Assembly: GCA_003693705.1 (NCBI GenBank)
Contig: RBZT01000198.1
Coordinates: 71,925 to 135,924, forward strand
Origin: Polymyxa betae A26-41
Lineage: Eukaryota > Protista > Endomyxa: Phytomyxea
Direction: 5' to 3'
DNA length: 64,000 bases
Part shown: in pieces, positions 53,189 through 64,000 of the stretch
How positions within the stretch are numbered: the stretch's first letter is position 1
How the letters are laid out: every line of letters begins with the position of its first letter
The notes under the pieces: model-generated
What the model was told of the DNA's origin: nothing
Database searches by the model: none
Seen by the model: the letters and a program-made list of their open reading frames with translations, nothing else
Made by a program: the position numbers and the translations under genes

Positions 53189-53666
53189 TTAATTGGAATG
53201 TTTTCCACATCTATTCTGTTTCATATCTGTAATCTATCAGTAATATTAGACGATTTTATACAGTATTAATCAGTTGTCACTCTTAGTTCATACCTTATCT
53301 GATAATTTCTTGGAGACATAATCCCGTTTCGAGCCTTTTAGGTTGGATTTCTGACTTTGGTGCTGCTGGCGAAATTCAGATCTAGCCTTAGCTCGAACAT
53401 CACATCCATGAACTTCAGGTTGGCTATGCTTTATACAATAATCTTGTTTACATTCGCTACAGATTATTGATACTAAGTGATATTAGAATTTGTAGTTTGT
53501 AGGTCAATTGGAGATGTTAGTCTGTACTTGTTAGAGTTGATTTCGAGCACGTCTGAAATGAACACATTCCAGGTTTAATCGACATTTCTGATAGAATTTT
53601 ATCAATATCCTCGACATCATCATTCTCTGAATTTCGCCATCCCGATTTCATCTGGTCCGAAATCAT
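53189..53666 (-). CDS. AN1-type zinc finger unit homologous to the IGHMBP2 C-terminus (not in the ORF track)
   Basis: Spliced minus-strand reading DDVEDIDKILSEMSIKPGMCSFQTCSKSTLT|ISIICSECKQDYCIKHSQPEVHGCDVRAKARSEF..KKLSDK|ITDMKQNRCGKHSN*. Start is uncertain. Confidence 0.75.
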
Positions 53667-54026
53667 GCACCAACGGACGCTGCCGTTTCAACTCAACTCT
53701 CTTCAGCTCACGTTTTCTTTCAGAGCTCTCTACTGTTTGACTTTTATATTCCGTAATAAAAATATTCTGTTTGGTTTCATTATTGGATAATAGGAGTAAG
53801 GTAAATAGATTTTTTATGTAACCGTTCCTCTTGGCATTATCCTTCCAACACGTGTCTTAAACTCAGACATTTTATATTATGTTGACCATCATATTCTTCA
53901 AAATCTAATCCTGATTTTACTAATTCGATCGGTAATTATCGATTCGCTAGACAAAATCAAATATGAGGTGGAACGTAGTGGTATATGATATCGATATACT
54001 TGAAACAATGTATTGAAGCATGCAAT

Positions 54027-56113
54027 TCAATCGTCTTCGAAATCGACATCTGGGTCTTCATAGATTGCTGCAGATCTATACAAAGCATGTTCTTGGAGAT
54101 AATTAACAAGATCAGCAAGATGGACATCCGAACTCAATGTCACTGAATCGGCAATAACGCAAAGATGCCTTCGAGCTCGTGTCAGAGCAACATTCATACG
54201 ACGATGATCAGATAAAAACCCAATCTCATGATCTGCATTTGATCTAACACATGTCAATATAATTGCTTCTTTCTCTCGACCTTGAAATCCATCAACGGTT
54301 CCAATCTCCAGCTGACCAGTATCTTGATCTATTGATAACTCATGTAATGCTTGACGACATAGATCGACTTGGCGATTGTAAGGAGTCAGAATTCCGATCT
54401 GATCAGACCGCAGGCCAGCTCTTACCAGCCTGGTTGCATGCAAAGCAGCAATACGAGCTTCAGCGGGATTGCCTCGTGACATCTGATGTAGAGTATCACT
54501 TGAATCTGGTTCTTCTTCATCGTAGTCACAATACGATGTATCAACAAAGATTAAAGCATTGGATGTATCACTTGTTGTGGCAACATTTGGTAGTTCTGAA
54601 AGAAGATGATGATAGACAGATTCATGAGGCTCTAAATCTCCATTATAGAACTTTCTCGAGGACCAATTTTGAATCTTGATATTCATTCGGTATTGTGCTG
54701 TTAATGTACAAATATGCTCTGGTGATATTTTGGACAATGTCTGATGCATACGCAGAAATAAGGTTGGTAATTTGTCAGTAAATGACGATTTGGTGGTCGG
54801 AGGTAATTGATGATGATCTCCAGCTAGAACCAATTTCTTAGATTTAGTCGCAGGTATCCAACATTCTGATTCAAGACCTTGTCCAGCTTCATCAATGACA
54901 CAAACATCAAATATTAAATTACGAATGATATCCACATCTGCTCCAATACAAGTGCAACACACAACTTGAGCACGATTTAAAATATCTTCCGTCATTCGTT
55001 TCTCCAATTTACGAAGGTCAGTCCTTAGCTGTCGCCTCTCATTACGAACATGTTGACGTTGTTCAGCATTAAGACGAACTGCAGATTTATTCTGCTTATG
55101 GAGTGATCGCAGCTCTGTCTTGACATCTTGTGCTAATTGATACGCTTCAGACTGTGATATGATCTCATCTAAACAATAAGCCAGTACTGATGGAAGAATA
55201 CGAGCTGGATGCCCTAATCGAATAACTTTCAGCCGAAACTTGGATAACTGCTCCACAATACAATCAACAGCTATATTCGAAGGAGCACAGACGAGAATTT
55301 TCTGCCCGGATTGTGCTGATTCCGAAATGAAATGTGAAATGGTAGTGGTCTTGCCACAACCAGGAGGGCCATGAATTAGAAAGAGATCTTCACTTCGAAG
55401 TGCATCTCTAACAGCCTGTCTTTGACCTGCGTTTAACTCATGTAATGGAGCTGCTAAAGATCGTTCTGGTCCCAGATGCCGGACACGCTCATCGCCCACC
55501 AATATCGAATATAAACGCTGGACAGATCTGTCTTTAAGATTCGAAAGCTGATCAAGACAACGAAGACTTCGCCGATAAGAGACATCGGAATATGTCCTTC
55601 ATAATGAACATATTAGCTAAGAATATATAATTCAACTCAACTCATTACTTAACAATGCTCAGCAAACTTGACGTTCCAGGCCATTGTTCAACAGAAACGA
55701 CGATGTTCTATTCATGAAAAAATGAGGATCATTTTAGAATCTGATACCTTGAAGTACATTTTTCTGAACCCGAACGAGAGTAGAGAGTTCTGACAATACT
55801 TCCTGGCCAGATCGAATTTGAATAATGTCACCAGCAGATAGACGTGTAGCAGGTATTTCTGAATCATTAACGGGGGCTAGATTCAAATAGATACGTCCAC
55901 CAAGACCTGGTTTATAATCTGATACTTGTAGCTGACCAATCGCCTACTGTCGAGTCAGAGGATCATCCCTCTGAAAACGATGGTCCATACAAGTCCAGCT
56001 CGTTGCAGAGTCTTGATAGACAGACCAGCTGTTAATGCATGCGATTCAGCGAGCTCGGCTTGACGTTCTTCCTGAATAGATCGACGTAGGAGATCTATAA
56101 GTGATGTTGACAT
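54027..56113 (-). CDS. IGHMBP2: UPF1-like SF1 helicase IGHMBP2/Hcs1
   Basis: IHGPPGCGKTTT, CAPSNIAVD, RLGHPAR, IDEAGQ, AGDHHQLPPT, QYRMN, TVDGFQGREKE, RRMNVALTRARR. Confidence 0.92.
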
Positions 56114-56411
56114 ATGGAGAAATATAAAGAGAGATTCAATACGCAAATGATGTCAACTCTACATTACATTACAATCTTCTCTACATACCTATACAGTATG
56201 TCATTGTCAATAATGGATACTGTACAATGAAAAAATGATGATGAAGGCAAAGTTCGGAAATTTATGGCCCATTTGTATTTCAGCCCTTTATCTTAAAGCT
56301 TCAATGTATTAGGATATGCAGAGTGGGCGAACACTGAACAAAGTACTGACAATAAAAGACATCAGCTGAAACCCTACTGCAACTAAACCATTGACATTGC
56401 AGCAGATCAAA

Positions 56412-57251
56412 ATGGAAAAGGTCTTTCCAGACGATATTATACAAATAATTGGAAGCCATGATCAATTGCATTCCAAACCGAGAATGTTTCACCATGACAT
56501 TGCATCAAATGATTTAGTCGCTAACGCAATGGACGCAGATGATACAGCTTGGAACCATAATAATTGTGTTGATAGGAAAACACAGCAGAGATCATTCCCT
56601 GCAGAGCAATCGATGACGAAATTTCGAGTTTGCTTCAACATCATCTTGTATTGTATTGGATCTATTCTCTTTGTTATTGGCTCAATATTTTATTATCCAT
56701 TCGCTAATCAGGATCCAAATCAAGATGGATTCACATTTGGTGCCATCCTCTACTTAATCGGGGCAAGCTTGTTTTTTATCGCTGCTTTGGTGGAATGGAT
56801 TTTACTACAATGGCGTCGGCAAAGAATCGTGCTGGATTATTCAGTTTTATACATTGTTGGCAGTGCCCAGTATGTAATTGGATGTATATATTACATTCCA
56901 GTATCAGATGCAGCTGATACAGGCTCCTACCTCTTCATCTTAGGTAGTATATTCTTTACTGTATCTGCCATTTATGAGATCTATCTATCTGCTAAACATA
57001 TCAAGTATAATATGAAAACTATCAAGATATTGACCTTGATTCCACTACAGATCGCTACTGCAATAAATACTGCATCCGGAGCTATACTCTTTGCAATCGG
57101 TGCTGTACTCTTCCTACATATTGAAAATGATCAAGATCTAAATCTGGCAACGAGCGTGTTTGTCAGTGGTTCTGTTCTCTTTACAATATCATCTGTGTTA
57201 TTCTCTATAGATCTGTTCAGAAAGGAATGGCCAATACACATCAACCCATAA
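56412..57251 (+). CDS. Multi-pass membrane protein with YrhK-like repeats
   Basis: Repeated LYxIGSxLFxxGS helix pairs (about 6 TM). Intronless. Confidence 0.7.
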   Translation: MEKVFPDDIIQIIGSHDQLHSKPRMFHHDIASNDLVANAMDADDTAWNHNNCVDRKTQQRSFPAEQSMTKFRVCFNIILYCIGSILFVIGSIFYYPFANQDPNQDGFTFGAILYLIGASLFFIAALVEWILLQWRRQRIVLDYSVLYIVGSAQYVIGCIYYIPVSDAADTGSYLFILGSIFFTVSAIYEIYLSAKHIKYNMKTIKILTLIPLQIATAINTASGAILFAIGAVLFLHIENDQDLNLATSVFVSGSVLFTISSVLFSIDLFRKEWPIHINP

Positions 57252-57306
57252 CAATCACTTGATGAAGTCATAGTATACAGGGGCCAAGACCCATTTCATA
57301 ACATTT

Positions 57307-58942
<1,636 letters not shown>

Positions 58943-59219
58943 GGTAATTTCCAAGGTTGTTCAGATTGCAAGTATGAAGGATCGATTAAATGATTAATAG
59001 GAATATGAATGAATGATACCAGGCATGAATCAATACACAATATAAAATTGCGTAATCATGACATTTTGTTTAATTATCAGTACATATAAGGATGTACCTG
59101 GTACTATTTCAATTCAAAGGGTTTTATAGTTAAATCCAATAAAAAGAAACATGATACCGTACGTGCTCAACGGTTTCAGATCTGTACATAATTTGGCATA
59201 TCCAGTTGCGACTTTTGCC

Positions 59220-59873
59220 TTAAGCAATTGGTGATTCTTGCAGCAGAGGCTTCTTCAAGTTTTCCTTGCATGACGATGGCTTAACCGATATAAATGATGA
59301 CGATAAATGTTGCCCTGAAGACGTCACAGCAGCAGCAAATGAACTGAGCTTGCCCTCTTCAGATACGATAGGTTTGAAACTTTCTCGGACAGTGTCTTGA
59401 TCTGCCAGACAAATGGAGACATCTAAAGATACAGAGAATTGACCTTTGGCAAGGGTTAAAGTTCGAACTTGCAGTAGACTATTATGTTCCAGAAATTCGG
59501 TTAAATCAATATCTAGGCTATAATGATCATGATAATTTCCTTTAATGCAACAATCAACGGGTCTCATTTCAATTCGTGCCCATTTCGGTTCTAGTTCACC
59601 ATCAGAATTAGATAATAATGTACACTGTAATGATATTCGACTATTAAATACAGCTACCCCTTCAACGAATATTTAGTATTAAATTAATGTTATTATAGGG
59701 CATCTACCGTTTTTAGCCAAAGTTACTTGTGATGAATACCGCTTATTATGCCTGCGAATACACTGGCAAAATAAAGCATCAGAACAGGATAGTGGCAGAC
59801 CCCGAACACGATGAATATGAATAAGAACCCAAGCTGGTCGGCGTTGTGGACGCTTCCAGTTGAAACACGCCAT
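59220..59873 (-). CDS. NT-type C2 (EEIG1/EHBP1-like) domain protein
   Basis: VLIHIHRVRGLP..FCQCIRR..SSQVTLAKN|GVAVFNSRISLQCTL..ELEPK..LDIDLTEF. Confidence 0.65.
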
Positions 59874-60541
59874 ATCTTGTCCAAAAGAAACTGGTACAGA
59901 ATGTTATTGAGACATTGAAGGCAGAAGCAGGAGATAGAATCAAGCAGAACGCCTACAATATTTGATATTGAAACGGACTTGTCACTTACAGGTTACAGCA
60001 GATATACATCACACTTCACAGAGCCTAACATCTGGATTGGTTCAAATCTAACGACCCAAGACTATTAACAAGAGCACAGGCATGTACAAGGCCATCAGAA
60101 TCTATCTGCTGGTCCATAGCAGTATTCACCAAATCATATCGATAACGTCCCATACTGAGGAAAACTGTCTGAACTGCGGATGTAAATTATCATGAGTTGC
60201 CATAAGCCCATAATATACAATGCTTGTTACAGATTAATACCAATGGTAGGACGTATTTCGGTCTCATCCCCAAGCAATCCAATAGATTAATGGCTTGCTT
60301 GTTCCATTATCTGGAAAGCTCGTTTGACTCGGAAAAAGAACGGCATCGTTTAATTTGCGGCGCCTTGGACCTGAAAGGTTGGCCGGTTGGGCAAATACCA
60401 CGCTACAGGGCTACGGTACCGTTGAGTAGAAGGCAAATGGGCCTTCTATTCGAAAACTGCGTGGTGTGCGCACAATTCAAGGGATTGGATTCTGGTCCCT
60501 TATTTATTCGAGGTTTTTGGAGCTTAATAAAATGAATCGCT

Positions 60542-61285
60542 TGTAATGGACCAGAACTATTATAAAATTAGATAAAAAGGATACAAGAATATAAGGACTG
60601 TCAAGCTGCAGAACAGAAGGGAGATATATAGACTGGAGAGTACAATATAGAAGAATATAAGAATACTAGAAAAAAATAGGAATACACAGGAGCACGACGA
60701 GCAGAGAAAGACTACGAGAAGACAGAACAGGAACGACGATACAGAACAAGGTTTTAGTCCAAAACGGGCGTTAATCGAACTGAACTACCCTCAGTTCGTG
60801 CTCAGTTCGTGCTCAGTTCGATGCAGTTGATTTATTATTATGATCACAGGCTGCCAGTAAGAACTGCAGTGCGAGCAGGCACCGCGCTGGTGAGCTGCAT
60901 TCTAGGGTTGCGCTCATGACATCATGCCCCCTTCAGGAGCAGATCCCGGGTTCGCGGGGTTTGAGCGGTGGAATTGTCGTAGAGCTTCTAGAAAGGCTGG
61001 TGTGGCGGAGGTTAAAAGCGAATTCGCTGGTTCCCATGTCCTATCTTCCTGTGAATATCCTTTCCAATGGATGAGATATTGCAGCTGTCTCCGAACTACT
61101 CTAGCCAGTCTAGCGTTCAGAATGTCTTCGACTTCATACAAAAGGTTGTTCTCATAGTCGATCATAATCGGCGGGCGGTTGGTTCCGGGGACGATTTGGA
61201 ATTGTACTGTAAACATAGGGCTCTATGAGAGAACAATGAAAAACAGGTGAATGCGCAAATTGTCTGGAAGAATAAGCTCATATGC
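60542..61285 (-). mobile_element. 3' fragment of a chromodomain-bearing Ty3/gypsy retrotransposon (integrase tail, PPT, LTR)
   Basis: Frameshifted AYELILPDNLRIH-VFHVSL, chromodomain YEVEDIL..QYLIHWKGYSQEDRTWEP, polypurine tract GAAGGGGG, then an LTR starting TGTCATGA at 60921. The LTR far end is 60542 or 60599. Confidence 0.88.
60790..60820 (+). repeat. 11-nt tandem repeat CTCAGTTCGTG x3 inside the LTR
   Basis: Seen directly; the third copy is partial. Confidence 0.85.
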
Positions 61286-61688
61286 TCAGGCCTTTCTTTA
61301 CATATAAGTCAAAAGCCGTATATGCCGATTATTGGTAAAAACGGCACCGAATAGGATCAATATAAGATATATAAGGCACAATAACAGAATCTTCAACAAT
61401 AAAGGGCGTTTATTTAATTTTGAATTGGCAACAAATTGACGACAATAGGGGGTATCAAAGTTAAATAAACGCAGAATTTAAAAATTGATTCTCCGAGGCT
61501 GCTTTCCCGCCCTAAAAATCGCTTTCTTAGGGATGTGCGCTTCGCAAGAACCGCTGGTAAGGTCGCTTTCATCCTGTTCCTACCTATATCGTGTTCTGAT
61601 TTGTCTCTATGTCCAACAAAGGAACTCCTTCAACAGGGGCTTGTCGCCGGAGGCGTACTAGCAAGGCAGAATTCTTAGCAATGGTTAC

Positions 61689-63723
61689 TGTCATGACCCT
61701 GAACTCCGGAACAGATATTTCCGGAACGATGACTCAAGAGCAGCCAGCGCTCATCTCCAGCTCTGGAAGCAGCCAATCGGTGATTCAACACCCTGCTCAA
61801 GGGCAGCCACCTCGTCCTCGACGTCATCCAGCCCGAGTCTGACATTCCTGATTTACATTTCAATTATTAACTGCCTTTTAATACACTAGAAGCAGTTCCG
61901 ATCACTTCCCTCCCGGACTCGACACTTCTTTTGATCGAGAACATGCCTACTGAGGATCTGCTTCCTAACTTTACGCTTGCCGATGGTTCTCAACCAGGCC
62001 GGAGCTCCGAACAGGACCAACGGCGGCAACCTCAGCGCACCAACACGGAGCAACAGCGTCAGGAAGACTCCGAGGACTCTGCGGCTGGCCAAGACCCCCA
62101 CCAGGCTCTTCATGAACTCCGCGTTCTCCTGGCCACCGTCACTCAGCGCCTCACCGAGTCCGTCATGGCAGACGCCCAGTCAGCACGGTTGCAGCAAGTC
62201 TACTGTAAAGTTGATGTTACAGTTGTAATGATGAATGCAGAATGATTATATTAGATGGATTACAAGCCCTTATATATCACTAGGATCGGAGGTTAGCTCG
62301 GAACTCGGAGAGTTTCTCAGGTCCGATCGGAGGTTAGTCAAATATTGCGTATATATTGACACACGGTCCACGCAGTCATCCACTCCACGCAATCTCCGTA
62401 CTGAAGTCACCACCCTTACAGAGTCCATCTCATGCATCGAGAACGCTCTCAGCGCACTGACCTCCTCCACAATTGCGAACCCCGTGAGTCAAACTCGTTC
62501 TTCTCCATCCCCATATCAGGCGCAGCCTCCAACAGGATCCCCGCAGGCCACTCCTACATTTGACAGGCCCATCTCTCTACCCTCTGGGCTCCCGCGATTC
62601 CAGCGCACCTCTCAGTCAGTTGGAGTCCGCGATTTCGTTATCTCTTTCGAAGACCGGCTACGTGCCCATGCCTACCCCGTATCACGTTACGTGGACGCTC
62701 TTCTGACATGCTGTGCAAAGGACGAAGGCGATTGGATCAGGGCGGAACTTTTGGGATCAGGCCAAGGAACGTTTCCTTTCCCATTACGCCAGCAGTGACA
62801 TGATTGAGTATGCCCGCGAACAACTGGAGACAATTTCCCGAAAATCCGGTGAAGGTCTTCTGACTTTTGCCGATCGCAACGACGTTACACAATTGTACGC
62901 CACGGATTCCATCCTTTAACTCCTATACAAGCATCTGAACCTATGGACCACATCGCCATTGACACAGCTCTCAGCTTTCCGACAAGCCCGCGCGGTAATA
63001 ACATTCTTCTCGTTGTTGTTTGTGCTCATACCAAATTCGTTCTTCTGCGCGCACTTAGATAAGTCCGCACGATCTGTCGCTACTGCATTATTCTCGATAT
63101 TGACGGACTTCGGCTTCCCACGTATAATCCAATCCGATAACGGTACTGAGTTCGTCAATCGCCTCGTTGCTACCATGACTCAGCAATCGGGTATCGACCA
63201 TCGCCTGATAACAGCCTATCATCCACGAGCCAACGGTCTCGCCGAGCGCAACGTCCAGATCTCTTCACGGGCCATCAAAAAGCTTCTACAAGGAGTGGAA
63301 CACGAATGGTATCGATATGTACCAGCTGTCCAGCTCTTTATGAACCTACGAATTTCCGACGCTCACCGTAGTACACCATTCGCCGTAATGTTTACTCGTT
63401 CCGCAAATAATTTTGCAGATTTTTCATCCACGCCAGTATCTGTCAAATCTACGACGATATCCGGGAACGTCTGAGCTGGGCTCAAGACGTCATTTTTCCG
63501 GCTATCCGCGATACACACTCATCTCCTGCAGCATCCGCAATTTCCACGTATGCACGACGCCATCCCGTGACGGATTCAAACCCGGCACTGTCGTCATGAT
63601 CAAAACCCAACTCGTTCCTACAAACTCCAGCCCGAGTCTGACAATCCTGATTTACATTTCAATTACTAGCTGCCTTTTAATACACTAGAAGCAGTTCCGA
63701 TCACTTCCCTCCCGGACTAGACA
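61689..63723 (+). mobile_element. Deleted Ty3/gypsy LTR retrotransposon (5' LTR 61689-61924, gag-integrase remnant, truncated 3' LTR 63626-63723)
   Basis: TGTC..GACA ends. Flanks GTTAC/GATAC fit a 5-bp TSD with one mismatch. A 98-nt direct repeat differs at 4 positions. gag starts at 61943. Integrase core: FGFPRIIQSDNGTEF..AYHPRANGLAER. Confidence 0.92.
62190..62361. mobile_element. 172-bp solo-LTR-like insertion nested in gag
   Basis: TG...CA ends with CACGGT duplicated on both sides (62184-62189, 62362-62367). Removing it restores the gag frame AQSARSTQSSTPRNL. Internal GATCGGAGGTTAG x2 and a TATA-like TTATATAT. Confidence 0.88.
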
Positions 63724-64000
63724 GATACTTTCCTTGAAATACTGTATCAGATTTATTAAAAATTACATAAAACTTCTGATTTTCCCAAAAATAGCGTACG
63801 CAGTTTGATGGAACTGCGTCCGCAATAAGACTCGAAGACTGACGCATAAATCTGATGCGTATTAAAGATGCGAACATTGATGAAGTATGAAGACCTACTC
63901 TAATAATATTGGGCTCGACTCCCAGAGGTCCGTACGGACACCGTACGGACTGAGCTGAATGAAGCTGGGACTCGAGCTGGAAATAAAACAGAATTGATTA

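Noticed and set aside
53790-53865. GAGTAAGGTAAATA and TGTCTTAAACT, reminiscent of the U12 snRNA 5' region
   Set aside because: The two pieces are in the wrong order and spacing for U12.
60224-60535. 103-aa ORF next to the LTR
   Set aside because: No recognisable motif and a non-ATG start; probably non-coding or TE-derived.
60790-60830. Short direct repeats as a possible CRISPR-like array
   Set aside because: Head-to-tail 11-mers without spacers inside a eukaryotic LTR.

Overview
This is gene-dense eukaryotic nuclear DNA with many short GT-AG introns (mostly about 45-55 nt, often with degenerate donors) and very short intergenic spacers. It holds about 30 protein genes. Flagellar/centriolar genes (IFT144/WDR19, Sfi1-like), a plant/SAR-type SNF1 and a secreted GH131 glucanase suggest a flagellated plant-associated protist; a plasmodiophorid (Phytomyxea) is my inference, not shown. 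Housekeeping genes include RIO2, eIF5B, RPL3, TBP, NAR1, YJU2/CCDC130, ICT1, RRP46, importin-9, MetAP2, an ACF1/ITC1-like gene, a CHERP-like gene and a USP. Mobile elements: an internally deleted plant-type (DD39D-like) mariner with perfect 27-bp TIRs, a deleted hAT element, and a terminal cluster of Ty3/gypsy remnants with a nested solo LTR. Most notable observations: (1) a talin-head-only FERM gene; (2) a malic enzyme ending in -SKL whose PTS1 codons overlap a consensus splice donor; (3) a fungal-type homocitrate synthase and a GH131; (4) IGHMBP2 apparently split into adjacent helicase and AN1-finger units; (5) recurring, positionally conserved upstream motifs (ACGGAGTCCGT, ATTACGSA, TGTAATGTTACA) that look like a cis-regulatory code I cannot match to a known element. 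Gene boundaries were spliced by eye and are approximate; no database searches were run.
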